Origin: Schizochytrium sp. TIO01
Lineage: Eukaryota; Protista; Bigyra: Labyrinthulomycetes
Length of the DNA stretch: 64,000 nucleotides
Direction: 5' to 3'
Assembly (NCBI GenBank): GCA_004764695.1
Contig: SMSO01000037.1
Coordinates: 3,138,747 to 3,202,746 of the forward strand
Shown here: in pieces, positions 1-11,634 of the stretch
Numbering within the stretch: the first letter of the stretch is position 1
How the letters are laid out: each line of letters begins with the position of its first letter
Program-made: the position numbers and the translations under genes
Notes under the pieces: generated by a model
What the model saw: only the letters and a program-made list of their open reading frames with translations
Told to the model about the DNA's origin: nothing
Databases searched by the model: none

Positions 1-2
1 AA

Positions 3-1544
3 GGCGTTACTGATGGAACACAAGGGACTTGGTTTGAAGACTATCCGAAGCTACGCAAAAACCTGCTTACTCACCCAGCAGAACGATCGCCACGTGATAT
101 TCAGGAAATCGCCCTTGAGCTTGCGAACATTCGAACTATAAGCGAATATAATATACCTCTCCCTGATCGTATACGTATTGCGCAGTCAGCAGAACTCGAG
201 GTATGTCCATCTGGCCAAGCAATATTTCATCAAAATGATGAGGGCAGCTATTTCTACATTATTCTTGCAGGTAAAGTTTCTATTCAAGTAAGGGATACAG
301 AATCCTTATCGCTGGGTTATCAAGACTCATCAGATCGATTAAATCGAAGTCGAAGAGGTACGCGAAGGCGGTCCTCTTCGTCGAACACTGTGAGTCGAAG
401 AGCAAGTACAAGTTCGGAATCTGGTTCTCTGGCAATGCAACGTGGATTCCGACCTAGGACATCATCTCAAGGCGAAAAGCGACAGGGAAACATTCGAGGA
501 ACCCCAGAAAGTGGACGTCGAGGAACACCGCCTACCCAAGACCGTCCTGTGCGTCATGCAAATCTTGAAACGCGAATCTTCGGGGAAGCTCGAGCCGCAG
601 AGCTGAATCAGTCTGTGCAACATCACGCCAAACGGAAGAACCAGGTCACCTTTACTGAAGTTGCTGTCTTGAGGGCCGGACAATCGTTTGGTGGTCTTGG
701 TCTACGTACTGTTGCTCTCGGAAAACGCAAAGCTTCTGCAATTGCTGCAGAGTATACAGAGATGTTGCGTATTGATGCTGTGAGCTACAGAGATGCTTTT
801 ATGAGTCACGAGATGGAGCTTATATCTAAACCTGCCCAATTTATTAAAGATCTACCTCATTTTGCAGGTTTATCAGAAGATGAGGTTACACAACTTGCAT
901 ATAATGTTCGCATTGCACAATATGCCAGCGGGAGTGTGATTTTTAGACAAGGTTTCCCTGTCGATGATACAAAATATTTTGGAATCGTAAAAGTCGGACG
1001 ATGTAGACGCATCAAACTTATTCAGCGCAATGGAGAAGACCCATCGCTCGAGGATCTTCATCGGATTGCTGGGGATGATCAAGTCACAAGTTCTACGAAC
1101 GAGCTCTACGAGTATACTCTGGGATCTGTTGGCCCAGGAGGAATTCTCGCGGAGGGAAGCATTTTAGCTGATGCTAACAACACAAGAATGCATCCCCATG
1201 CAGTTGTTGCAGAAACATGTGTGGAGATTTTATACATTGCTCGTAATGCGCTCGTCTTCACACTTCGCAATGGCAATAAGTTTCGTAAATTGCTTAAATT
1301 GTTGCCTGTAGTCCCGCACAAAGACAAGTTAAGCGATTTACTAGACCAGCAGCATATATGGGAACGTTTTCAGCGTCGCTTTGTCCACGAAATTCTCAAA
1401 GAATCGCCTCGTGGACGAAAAATTGCTTCATTAATTGAGCGCCAAGAGCCACCACGGCTTGTGGATGTAATGAAATTAGAACGAGATCGCATTAGAAGCA
1501 AAGAGTTGGCAGACGCTCAGAATCGTCCAGCACACTCTCAATAG
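3..1544 (+). CDS. Cyclic-nucleotide-binding domain protein (two cNMP domains, CNBD2-like), 5'-partial
   Basis: The frame is open from position 3 (GVTDGTQ...IFHQNDEGSYFYIILAGKV), upstream of the listed ORF start at 390. The first cNMP domain ends at GQSFGGLGL...RKASAIA. The second domain reads YASGSVIFRQG...FGIVKVG...GPGGILAE. Confidence 0.75.
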   Translation, partial: GVTDGTQGTWFEDYPKLRKNLLTHPAERSPRDIQEIALELANIRTISEYNIPLPDRIRIAQSAELEVCPSGQAIFHQNDEGSYFYIILAGKVSIQVRDTESLSLGYQDSSDRLNRSRRGTRRRSSSSNTVSRRASTSSESGSLAMQRGFRPRTSSQGEKRQGNIRGTPESGRRGTPPTQDRPVRHANLETRIFGEARAAELNQSVQHHAKRKNQVTFTEVAVLRAGQSFGGLGLRTVALGKRKASAIAAEYTEMLRIDAVSYRDAFMSHEMELISKPAQFIKDLPHFAGLSEDEVTQLAYNVRIAQYASGSVIFRQGFPVDDTKYFGIVKVGRCRRIKLIQRNGEDPSLEDLHRIAGDDQVTSSTNELYEYTLGSVGPGGILAEGSILADANNTRMHPHAVVAETCVEILYIARNALVFTLRNGNKFRKLLKLLPVVPHKDKLSDLLDQQHIWERFQRRFVHEILKESPRGRKIASLIERQEPPRLVDVMKLERDRIRSKELADAQNRPAHSQ

Positions 1545-1778
1545 AGAACAGGCGGAGTAGACAAGGAAAGTGATATGGTTGTACAATACTAAGAACATGA
1601 AAAAGATTGTTAAATTTGTTTTAATTATGGAGTGTAAGGCGATTACTTTCATGAAGGTACTATTCACCTCTTTTCCTAAATAGTAGAGGTCATGCGCTAA
1701 AATGCAATATGAGCATTAACCGCGGCAGTGGCCATAGGGTACTAAGCTTTTTTTTTTCTTTTTTTTTTCTTTTCCTTT

Positions 1779-3140
1779 CTAGACGCGCTTACACAAGACC
1801 TTAGCCAAAGATCCATCTAAAAATTTGGAAAATGCAAGTGTCCCACCAACAATTGCTAATAGATCAACTAGCACTTGCGTCACTGTAAGAACACGATCTT
1901 TACGAACGATTGCGAAGGGTGAAATATCGTACACAAAGAAAACACCCGGTAGCTGTGAGATCGTTGTCCCTTGAGAAGCAAGCGCTGAGCCTAGGCCTGC
2001 CCGTGCAAGGCGTCTTTTCTCTGAAATCGTAATGGGCTCATCTGACCCATGGCCCTCCGCCTCGGCTTTTGCGCGACGCTGTTCCTCTTCTTCGATCTCG
2101 CGCCTCAGCTCGGCCTCTTGCTTAATCCGCTCTGCAATTTTCTCTTCGCTATCTCCAATAAGCGTAAGCTGTTCAGAAGCTGTATATTGAAAGTATCTGT
2201 CGCCATTGTAGAGCATTGGTACGACCTCGATAAAGTATTGAAATGCTGCAGTCTGTGCCATATGCGGATCGACGATCTGCACTTTGCCGGCAAGAGGGTC
2301 TACCGCTCCCTGCGGTAGTCGAGATGCCCCAAACCAAAGTTTGTGAATCGTATGTGATGTGTTAAAAAATGGTAGCTGAGCAGGCGAGAACTGGTGAAGA
2401 AGTCTTCCATTAACGCTCTTTCCATGGCCCAATGCTACATGAAAGTTGCCTGCAACTTTATTTACCTCGAATATCCCCTCCACATTGCATCCATGTTCCG
2501 GGGCATGCTGACCTTCTAGAAGTTTTGTGGGATCAACGCCATCTTTGCGTTCTTGTTCACACTGCGGTGCTTTGGCCATAATGTTGTACACATCCCAGTT
2601 CTTCTCAATGTATGCCTCCACAAGCTCTGCGCATGAGTTGCAGCATCTGCCCAGGTCGCCAGCCCCAAAGCAGTCTCCACATTCGCTATCAGGTTTCCTA
2701 CGCACGCCTCGCTCCACAACGTGCTTCTTCACAGAGGCCTCAACGTCTAGATGGTGCTCGCCCGTAGCATCCATAGCAATAAACTCGACCTGAGAGCATG
2801 CCAGAGCGTGAAAAGTCACATTCACGTTAATGCGGAGCTGCTCGCGCAGTGTGGTATCCACTTCAATTTTCTCGGAGAAGTCTCGTGACAGAGCCTCCCC
2901 AACAAGTTGAACGAGCACCATAACAATAACTGCAACAGCTGTCAAGAGCCAAACAGCGCCACCAGAGCTTGTGCGGACCTCGATGTCATGAGCTACTTTG
3001 GGCAGCAGATCGAAACGAGCTAACCGCCGACCAGAGCCATGCGAACCAATAAGACCGTCAGGTGAGCTCACACGCCCTACTGTACGACGCTGCTGCAGAC
3101 CACTGTGGGCCCGCGCGGAGGAGGAGGAGGAGGACTCCAT
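1779..3140 (-). CDS. ERGIC3: ER-Golgi intermediate compartment protein, ERGIC3/Erv46 family
   Basis: N-terminal RFDLLPKV...RTSSGG plus a TM helix; INVNVTFHALAC, CGDCFGA...CCNSC, GCNVEGIFEVNKVAGNFHVA, FNTSHTIHKLWFG, FQYFIEVVP, LPGVFFVYDISP; C-terminal TM helix. Confidence 0.9.
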   Translation of the reverse strand: MESSSSSSARAHSGLQQRRTVGRVSSPDGLIGSHGSGRRLARFDLLPKVAHDIEVRTSSGGAVWLLTAVAVIVMVLVQLVGEALSRDFSEKIEVDTTLREQLRINVNVTFHALACSQVEFIAMDATGEHHLDVEASVKKHVVERGVRRKPDSECGDCFGAGDLGRCCNSCAELVEAYIEKNWDVYNIMAKAPQCEQERKDGVDPTKLLEGQHAPEHGCNVEGIFEVNKVAGNFHVALGHGKSVNGRLLHQFSPAQLPFFNTSHTIHKLWFGASRLPQGAVDPLAGKVQIVDPHMAQTAAFQYFIEVVPMLYNGDRYFQYTASEQLTLIGDSEEKIAERIKQEAELRREIEEEEQRRAKAEAEGHGSDEPITISEKRRLARAGLGSALASQGTTISQLPGVFFVYDISPFAIVRKDRVLTVTQVLVDLLAIVGGTLAFSKFLDGSLAKVLCKRV

Positions 3141-5102
3141 AGCTCGAAGAATTTGAGGTTTAGTAGACTATTATGGGGGGACATGGTTTATAATTGAAAC
3201 GATAGAATAAAGGATTCTCGATTATAAGCCTTCAAGTGAGAAACATGCGTTTGCTAAAGTTGGGCAAGATGAGCAATCATTGGCTAAATTGCTGGAGTAA
3301 ATGAAGAGGAGATGACCTGGACGTAGTGGACGGGAACACGCAGGGAGACTGATTTGACTTTGGTTTTAGAGAAAATAGATTGGTTTAAGTTTTTATAGTT
3401 CGCATTTTCACAGGGGCTCAACCCTCCTGTCGACCTGAATAAATCAGGATAGAATATGTGATTAAGATGAGCTTAACAACTTGCCAAGTATACTCAGCGA
3501 AGAGTGGAAATATTCGAGTGAAGTTGTTTGGCTGACTCTCTTTCTCTCTCTCTCTCTCTTTCCAAGGAACAAATTTGTCAGAATTATTTTCAAGGGCTCT
3601 ATTGGCTGGTTGGGTTTTTCCCACTGTGCCAAATAGGGCGAGATTTGACACGAATAAGCAAAGCATTATGTAGTTAGTGTTATTGGAGTATGCTTTAACA
3701 TCCATGCTAAGACATTTCGTAGAGAGTTTTGAATCCGAGGTATAGCTGTGTAAATTTTTGTTTTGTTAGAGGATAGAATGTTCTGTTTCATACAGAGATC
3801 TTTAGATTCACATAGAGAAAAAGGAAACACTATATTCATCACCCGTCGGTGCAGAGATAATAGTGTTTGCTTTCCTTTCGGAGAACTGAGGAGCTCAAAT
3901 GTCTTTTGAGAGTTACATGATGTATACTGACCCCACTTTAAACACTTTAAAGAATACAAGTCCATGAATCAGAGGTCACATCTCTCAACTATACTTTTAG
4001 TGTTTGCCAATACTTGCTAAGCAACTCTCTTACCCAACCTGCGGATAGCCTAATAAAGCGAAACTACGTTACTCACTCAACAATTGAGTATACGCCTTGT
4101 AAACCAATTTTGGAGCTAATGAAAGCCCTGCGCAATTGCTACCACTCACCCCATGAATATGTTATAGGCAATTACACCTTCAATAGGTGATCTTGGATAT
4201 TTTTTAAATGATCCTTTCTTCTTCATTATCACCCTCATTATCCTAGTTTCACATCATTCGACGCAACCTCATCCTTAATCAAAGCCCTCGCACCGGTTCT
4301 CGACCTTTCCTTCGATGCGTACCTAAACAGACGCAAGGCTTGATTGAGTTGTTCTCCTCAGATACGAGCTGAGGTCAACTTTGACACAGGTATCAACTTG
4401 AAGAAGACAACCCTTGCATGAGAATTGCGAGGTTCGTTGGGACTTGAGAGCGCCCTATATGCGGGCCAAATTGCTCCGGGTGCGGTCTCGCGGCCTTATA
4501 GCGGGCAGTTTCTGCATCGGTGGTTTTCGCAGCTGTCTAAATGGCCAAAGATGGCGTTTACAGCATTTCCGACGAGAAAGTATTCGACTTGCTCAAAATT
4601 GCAATTTACAAAAGATAAGTCCCATGAACGGCATGAGAGCTACGCCAAATTCAGCCTCGACACCCACTCGCAGTGAAGATGACGGCACCTTCCTACCTAG
4701 CAGCTTGCTTGCTACTTTCTGCCAGCTCTGTGCAACGGGAGCGGAGGCTTTGCGCTCGGCACCGAGCTCTGGGAGGCAATCGGTGCAATGGTGTTGAAAG
4801 GGTTCCCTTCCTACCTCGCACAAGGGTTGAATGAGGTCAAGAGCTGTGGATGAGAACCTCCGGCTCCGCAAAGTGTCCATTTACAGAATCAGCCATATCC
4901 TGCCGTATCCTTCGTTCCCAGACGCAGAGCTTTGCTCGTGCTGGGACTTCCATCATCATCTCGCTGCATAATCGCCCAAGGCCACCCACCATGGCCGTGG
5001 TAACGAGTGGCATTGCTGGAAAACTCGTGCGGCGGGTGCTTTTGGAGCGATCTGCTGTTCGATTACTGACTGATCGACAACAGAATAGGTAAAAGAAAGC
5101 TT

Positions 5103-5104
<2 letters not shown>

Positions 5105-5134
<30 letters not shown>

Positions 5135-5211
5135 CATACATACATACATACATACATACATACATACATACATACATACATACATACATACATGCATACG
5201 CACATACATAC
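5105..5211. repeat. (TACA)n tetranucleotide microsatellite
   Basis: Long perfect tacatacataca run, degenerating at the 3' end. Confidence 0.97.
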
Positions 5212-5500
5212 CTATGAGAATAAAGACCACAAAGGTCGGCAGGATCGATCAAGTTTCCATTTCCATATTTCCATGTCGGATTATCATCGGTGACAGCGCC
5301 ACGAAAGGTGATGATGAAGATCGCGATTTCATTCCTTCGTTCGTCATTTATTGTCAGCTCAGTAACTAACTCGTCAGGCAGAGCCAGCCCTGGAGATGGT
5401 GCCAAACTGATGAAATAAAAGGTTCCCTGCCTTGGAGCATGGTGAAAAGTCTCCGGTGTCTTGTTGTATTGTATTGTTTGTCTTGTGGACTTGTTGTCTC

Positions 5501-5559
5501 GTTTGCTTGTTTATTTGATTATTTGTTTGTTTATTTGTTTGTTTGTTTAGTTTGTTTGT
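5501..5559. repeat. Imperfect (TTTG)n microsatellite
   Basis: gtttgcttgtttatttg...gtttgtttgtttagtttgtttgt. Confidence 0.85.
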
Positions 5560-5890
5560 CTTTACAGCGAGCAATTCTCGTTTCTAGTCGGTTCTAGATA
5601 TTACCATAGGGTAGCAGTAGAGCTTAAAGCTGGTAACAATAGTATTCAATTATCTTTTTGTTAAATGTAAAATTAAAAGTGGTGATCACAAAGACTTTAA
5701 AACAAAACAAAATAAACAAAAAAATAGTAAGAAGAAACTAGAGAGTAAAAAGACTGAAAAAACCTTTGCGGGAAGATCGAAGCACAGAGATCTTCATGCA
5801 ATACCTTAGTTCGTAAAGTCGAGGACGGTCATCGCTGTCACCGTGCCAGCAGACCCAAAACTATTGATAGCGATCAGAAGGAACAATAAA

Positions 5891-6897
5891 ATGGAGGCGA
5901 TTAAGAAACAGTGGACGCTGGCGTCCGACTCCAATGCGGTGGTCACGGTAAGTGCAGTGGAACTGAGACACAGAAAATCACACCTCCAACGTTGATGATG
6001 GAATACGAAAAAGACTAACGCGAAGTATATGAACGTCACGATGATGGTATCTGGCATGTCCCGCTTCTTCTATAATGTCAACACGAAAACTCACCTCTGG
6101 GCTTCTGACAAATCCTGTGAATTGACTATTTTCGTTTATAGGGATCTTCGATGGGCATTGGCCGTTCGTGTGTAGAGCAATTGCTCCATTTAGGTGTTGG
6201 CAAGGTTGTGGTAGTAGCTAGAAAAGTTGAAGAGGTTAATCGTGCCGTGGAAGAGCTGAGTGCTGCCTATGGTGAGGGACGCGTTCTAGGACTTTCCACA
6301 GATCTTAGTACAAAAGAAGGGCGCTCCAAGATTGTGGATCTTGTCGAAAATGACTTTGGTGGAAAACTTGATATTCTCGTCAACAATGTTGGTACCAATG
6401 TTCGCAAGTCAATCGAGGATAGCACCGAGGAGGAGTACTCCCTGATGATCAACCTTAATATCACTTGTACGTTTGAACTTACCAAGGCGCTATCCAAAGC
6501 GCTCTGCTCGAGCAAGGCAAGTGTTGTGAACGTGGCCAGCATCGCTGGTGTTCAATCTTCTGGTACAGGTTGCATTTATGCGCTCACTAAGGGAGCTATC
6601 GTCCAGCTCACAAGAACTCTCTCGTGTGAATGGGCTCGCCGTGGCGTTCGTGTAAATTGTGTGTGCCCTTGGATGACCTACACGCCACTTCTTCGAGATG
6701 CTGTGAAGAAGGACCCTACACAAGTTCGCGAGGCGGAGTCTTGGACGCCTCTAGGACGCCTTGCCGAGCCCGAGGAACCTGCTGCCGTTGTGGCCTTTCT
6801 CTGCCTCCCAGCCAGTTCGTACATGACTGGCCAAATCCTCAATGTTGACGGAGGCCTTTCCACACAGGGATTTCAGGGCCCCTGTATTACTAAATAA
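5891..6897 (+). CDS. Tropinone-reductase-like short-chain dehydrogenase/reductase; join(5891..5947,6142..6897)
   Basis: Exon 1 encodes [19 protein letters not shown], followed by a GTAAGT donor at 5948 and a tttatAG acceptor ending at 6141. Splicing rebuilds the TGSSMGIG Rossmann motif. Also LVNNVGTN, catalytic [29 protein letters not shown]. Confidence 0.92.
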
Positions 6898-7194
6898 TCG
6901 AATGGTCAAGTCTTTGTTTATTTTGGTTTATAGTTTTTAACATGCAAACATATCAACATTCCTTCCATGAAAAACCGTCGCTATTTATAGTGTTCTTGAT
7001 CCTTCAAAGTCTTTATCCTTGTTTCGAGATGATAATATGAAACGATAGACATGAAGTTAGCAAAATATATATAACATTTCGCCAAAACATAGAGCTGATC
7101 AAAACATAGCAATTATAACTGGTTTTTTAAACATAATTTCAAGTATGGTTAAGATATGCAAAGATACTGTCTTGGCTGATAAATGGATAGATAC

Positions 7195-10100
7195 CTAGCT
7201 AGCAACACTAAACTGATCATCCTCCACGAACATTTGCTCAATACGAGAGACAAATTTGTTGGTGCGAGCGTTCATGTGCCGCGTCACCTGATAGTAATTA
7301 GCTTCCATGTCGAGGTTGTGTACATGCTGGGCAATACGATCAACAAAGTCTTGGTCGTGGGTAATCAGAATAAGCTGGAAGAAACGTGAACCGCGGTGAT
7401 GTCTCAGCACCTCAGCAAGCGCATTTGCCAGACCAATTTTGTTTGGTTCGTCCAAGTTCACCGTGGGTTCGTCAACACTCAAGATACCACAATTAATACT
7501 AAAAGTCTCTGCAAGGGCCATGCGAATCACCAAAGCCGCCATCACACGCTGACCCGCAGAGCAGCGTCCACGCATATCCAATTGTGTGTCACCCTTAGTC
7601 ATGACCACACGGTAGTTATATGACCGGCGGTTAGCAGTGGTCTTGCCCTCGGATTTAATTTCAATTCTATCAATATCACCTCCACGATACATGACGCCCC
7701 ATAGCTCAGCAATACGACGATTAATCTCCTCAATCTTCATTGAGTGGAATTGCATTAGTGCAACATCAAGTGCCTTGTAATACTTGTCGAGATCACTAGC
7801 TGCCATCTTCGTCGTTTCAGTCTCAATATAAGATTTTCGATAGCGCTCCTCAATCCTGTTGTACTCCTGACTACGTAATTGAGCCTCAAGGTTTTGTGCC
7901 TGGCGTTCGAGCTCGCTTTGCCGTGACGCAATACTTGCTTCTTGGCGTTCGAGTTTACGTCGCTTTTCTTCAAGAACTTCTTTCTGCTCTTTAGAAGCGT
8001 TCTCATCACCCAGAATGTCCATGAGTTCTTGCTTCAGCGAGTGACGCTCGTTCTTAAAGATCTGAAGGCTCTTGGTCTCTTCGTGGTATCGCGAAATTTC
8101 ATCAATCTCATGGTTCAGCTTGTCAACACCTGCAATGACTCGTTGGAGCTCCTCAATCTCAGCAAGTTTATCCTGTTGGTGACAAGTTGCCCTTTTCACA
8201 GCTTCTTGCGCGATGGCTTGAGTCTCCTTGTTCGTACGCAGCTTCGCCTGGGTATCCTCAATCTTTTCCGGATCCATCTGTGCAAGCAGTGCTTGTGAGT
8301 TTGCCAAAGTTCTCTCCACAATAGCCTTGGCAGCCTCCAGACCCTTGAGATCTTTCTTGCGTTGCGCCTCGAGTGTGGCAAGAGCTGCTTCTTCCTTTCT
8401 GACCTCCTCAGCGCGTGTCATTTTATTCTTGTTTTCGCGGGAAATACGCTCGACAAGATCCTTCTTTTCATCAAGAATAGCCTTTCTGCGAGTTGAAAGC
8501 TCCTCCGATTTACGGGACTGCTCAAGCAGTTCCACACGACGTGTGCGCAACTCGGATACCTGTGCCTGAGCACGCTGCAAACGACTCTGTTTCCGTTGCC
8601 AGTCATCTTGTAGGCGTTCTTTCTCGGAACGCTTATTGGCGATATCAAGCTCAATCGTTTCCTTGCGCAACCTTGCCTGTTGAAGAGGAGATTGCCCCGC
8701 GGTTGTGCGAGCAGCCTGTTCCGCCACGTCGCTTGTAAGTCCAAGATCTTTGGCCTGGGCTGTCAGGCGTAGGATAGACCCACAAGAGTCCAAGAGACTT
8801 TGCAAAGATGTTCGAGCTGCTACGGCCGGGTCGAGTTTCTGGCTACGATCGCGATCCTTTTCGGCCTCAAGTTTTTCCCGGAGTTGATTGCAATCACTTA
8901 AACCATCCTTTGCAATTTGCAAAGTTGCGGTTTCCTCGTCACGCTGCGACTCCAATTGCTTCTTCCGTTGAATGACAGGGTAAGCCTTTTCAAATTCGCT
9001 TTGCTCACGCTCGGCAGATTGTTTGTTCTTGAGAAGGTGGGCCTTTCTTGAGCCTTCACCATCTTCAGCAGATAGCTCTCGCTGCAGAACGAGCATGCAA
9101 CGAAAAAGATCAAAACCTTTCATATCTCGGTTGGCAGGAAAGTGCAGGTGAGCGCGGTCTGGGAACTTTTGTGATCTCCAGCTCAGATCCCGCGTGACAT
9201 GACCATTAATACCATCAAATACAAGTTGAGGAGCCTTTTTCTGCAAAACCTCTTTGCGATGAGCAGAAATCTCCTCAGCCCAGTTATCGTCGATGCTCCG
9301 CAAGCAAGCTGGGCAAGCAAAGTCCCCGGCTGACTCATTGCGCTCCAAGTTTTCGAGCACAGAATTCAAGTAATCTCCGGCAGCCATGAAGTCATAGTAT
9401 GATGTTTGAGCCACGTGAAGACGCTTGCTCAAGATCGTCCGAATCTCATCCGGCTCGATGCCTTGATTGTATAGCTCCTCAGCAGCACCTGAAAGAGATG
9501 GCATTGTTAAATTTTGCAATTCTGTAGAAATATTTTCGAGGCGTGATTCTGCAGATTTCGCCTCCTGTTTAAGCTGAATAATCTTATGCTCCTCCTTTTG
9601 GATCTCCTGCTCCTTTTCCACCATTGATACCTCCATGGATTCAATATGCTGGTTCAGAGAATCCATTACACTTTCGCCGTGGTCTTGAGTGGATTGCGTA
9701 GCACTAGCAATGCTTTCGTGTTGGTCATCAACAGAAGACGCAATATCTTGATCGAGTTTGCTTAGCGCCGCACTTGACTCTTCGGGCATCTCTTCCTCAA
9801 AGCATAATGTGCTACGAATGTGGCGCTTGAGGTCGTCAACCAAATCGAGGTGTCGGCCACGCTCGTCGCGTGCGGAGGAAATAATGCGGCGGTAGTCTTG
9901 AATGCGATCATGTTGTTCTTCAAGTCGTTCAATCTCATCTGCGGCGATGCGGGCGTCACTGGTTAGGTTCAACATTGCACTGTCTATATCGCGAATAACA
10001 GTGCGCGGGTCATCGTTCTGCATATTAGCCTCTAGACTTTTGACTAATTCATTCTGTTGAGCGATTTGGTTATCGAGTTGGTCAACACGGGTCCCGGAAG

Positions 10101-11634
10101 ATACATGGCTGCTATCGAGCTTATTCAGCTCATCCTGAATATCTTGCAACTGATTACCTTTATTGGACTCCTCCATTCGAAGATTCCGAATCGCAGTTTC
10201 GATACTCGAGACTTGAGAGCGAGCCTCGGCAAGTTTGATCTGCAACTCATCACGCTGTGAATCAAGTGCATTTGTCTGTCGTTCCAAATCAGCATTGACT
10301 TCCTGGTTTCGTGAGCGAAGATAATTCATAGCCTCGTCAATCAGAGAACGACGATTGGTATCCCCAGCAGATGCGTTTGCTCGTGAGGAGTCTAGTGCAG
10401 ACCTAACTCGTGTGGCAAGTTCCATGGCACCTTGTTTGACCAAAGCAACATCAAGCTCATGCATAAGGTTGGACTCACTTCTGGAATGCTGATTCTGTTG
10501 TTCTTCTAGCCTTGCAGCTTCATACTTGGCGGCATTTAAACTGTTTTCTGCAGACTTTAATGCTCGAGTGGCACTTTCGCTCTCGGTTTTCAGTTTCGAA
10601 AGTCTGCTATGGTGGTTCTTAACTTCGTTTCTGAGCTCCTCGCGCTTAGATGTCAGATCATCTTCTTCCTGGTAGTCCTCATGGTTCAACTCAAACGTTC
10701 TCATGCGCTCGCGAAGATCTTTACACTGACGTTTCTTGGTGTCTAGAGCCACAAGGTTCTGGGTGTGTCGTTTTTGAATTTGATCTGCTCTATCAAACTT
10801 GTCTTGTAGACCTTGCAGTTCGTCTCTGACGCGAGTCAGCTCTTCGCCGACGGCAGCGAGATCGCTGTCGAGATTGTCTACTTTCTCCAGAACTTCATTT
10901 CGTTCGTCTGAGTACTTTGACGCCTGTTGTCGCTGCACCAGGAGTACGGCAGTGTTTTTTTCGGCGTCTTTATAGACATCCATGAGACGCTTTTTCTGTT
11001 TTTTAACCTCATCAAGAGCTTTGCTGTAACGCGTGCTGTCAAAGATATCATCAAACTTCTTCTTTAGCACTGAGCTTTCCTGCAACGGCCATGATGAGTC
11101 TTCTTGGTGGCAAAAAATGACAGATTGCAGAATTGCCGAGCTAACGCCCATGAACATTGGCACCATGCGGTCCAGATCGGAGCACCTTCCAGATATGGTT
11201 TCTTCATTACCAGTCCTCCTGTCCTTAATTTTGAGTAAGCCCTCCAGCTGCTTGAATTCCAACTTTGTCTTTCTCTGCGTCAGCTGCATCTTTCTCGATA
11301 TGAAGTATGATCTTCGTTCTACCGCTCTTGTGTTCACAGCCAACTTAACCTCAGCCTTGACCTCCGTCAGGTTTGCCATTTGTGGGTCATGTACAAAGCC
11401 TTGTCCATTGGCTACGCCCGGAGGCATCTGGCCTGTGGTCGCGAACTTAAGGCACTCAAGGACCGTCGTTTTACCTGCACCATTGTTGCCTGAGATCACC
11501 GTCAAAGGTTTGTCGAAGCGGATTACCTGCTCCTGCTCCGGCCCAAAGCTGCGGATGCCGCGGATTGCAAGCTTCGATAGCGTAGCGCCGCGAGGGCCTG
11601 CGTTGCCACTGCCACCTGGCCCGTTTCCGTCCAT
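7195..11634 (-). CDS. RAD50: DNA repair protein RAD50
   Basis: Walker A GNNGAGKTT, Q-loop FCHQEDS, long coiled coils, zinc hook CPAC, signature MRGRCSAGQ, Walker B/D-loop LSVDEPTVNLD, H-loop ITHD. Confidence 0.97.
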   Translation of the reverse strand: MDGNGPGGSGNAGPRGATLSKLAIRGIRSFGPEQEQVIRFDKPLTVISGNNGAGKTTVLECLKFATTGQMPPGVANGQGFVHDPQMANLTEVKAEVKLAVNTRAVERRSYFISRKMQLTQRKTKLEFKQLEGLLKIKDRRTGNEETISGRCSDLDRMVPMFMGVSSAILQSVIFCHQEDSSWPLQESSVLKKKFDDIFDSTRYSKALDEVKKQKKRLMDVYKDAEKNTAVLLVQRQQASKYSDERNEVLEKVDNLDSDLAAVGEELTRVRDELQGLQDKFDRADQIQKRHTQNLVALDTKKRQCKDLRERMRTFELNHEDYQEEDDLTSKREELRNEVKNHHSRLSKLKTESESATRALKSAENSLNAAKYEAARLEEQQNQHSRSESNLMHELDVALVKQGAMELATRVRSALDSSRANASAGDTNRRSLIDEAMNYLRSRNQEVNADLERQTNALDSQRDELQIKLAEARSQVSSIETAIRNLRMEESNKGNQLQDIQDELNKLDSSHVSSGTRVDQLDNQIAQQNELVKSLEANMQNDDPRTVIRDIDSAMLNLTSDARIAADEIERLEEQHDRIQDYRRIISSARDERGRHLDLVDDLKRHIRSTLCFEEEMPEESSAALSKLDQDIASSVDDQHESIASATQSTQDHGESVMDSLNQHIESMEVSMVEKEQEIQKEEHKIIQLKQEAKSAESRLENISTELQNLTMPSLSGAAEELYNQGIEPDEIRTILSKRLHVAQTSYYDFMAAGDYLNSVLENLERNESAGDFACPACLRSIDDNWAEEISAHRKEVLQKKAPQLVFDGINGHVTRDLSWRSQKFPDRAHLHFPANRDMKGFDLFRCMLVLQRELSAEDGEGSRKAHLLKNKQSAEREQSEFEKAYPVIQRKKQLESQRDEETATLQIAKDGLSDCNQLREKLEAEKDRDRSQKLDPAVAARTSLQSLLDSCGSILRLTAQAKDLGLTSDVAEQAARTTAGQSPLQQARLRKETIELDIANKRSEKERLQDDWQRKQSRLQRAQAQVSELRTRRVELLEQSRKSEELSTRRKAILDEKKDLVERISRENKNKMTRAEEVRKEEAALATLEAQRKKDLKGLEAAKAIVERTLANSQALLAQMDPEKIEDTQAKLRTNKETQAIAQEAVKRATCHQQDKLAEIEELQRVIAGVDKLNHEIDEISRYHEETKSLQIFKNERHSLKQELMDILGDENASKEQKEVLEEKRRKLERQEASIASRQSELERQAQNLEAQLRSQEYNRIEERYRKSYIETETTKMAASDLDKYYKALDVALMQFHSMKIEEINRRIAELWGVMYRGGDIDRIEIKSEGKTTANRRSYNYRVVMTKGDTQLDMRGRCSAGQRVMAALVIRMALAETFSINCGILSVDEPTVNLDEPNKIGLANALAEVLRHHRGSRFFQLILITHDQDFVDRIAQHVHNLDMEANYYQVTRHMNARTNKFVSRIEQMFVEDDQFSVAS

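Noticed and set aside
4350-5092. Possible decayed ankyrin-repeat gene (LHENCEVRWD...)
   Set aside because: Only a faint resemblance in one short segment; not supportable without a profile search.
4956-5574. ORFs with YVCM and KQTN repeats
   Set aside because: Translations of the (TACA)n and (TTTG)n microsatellites.
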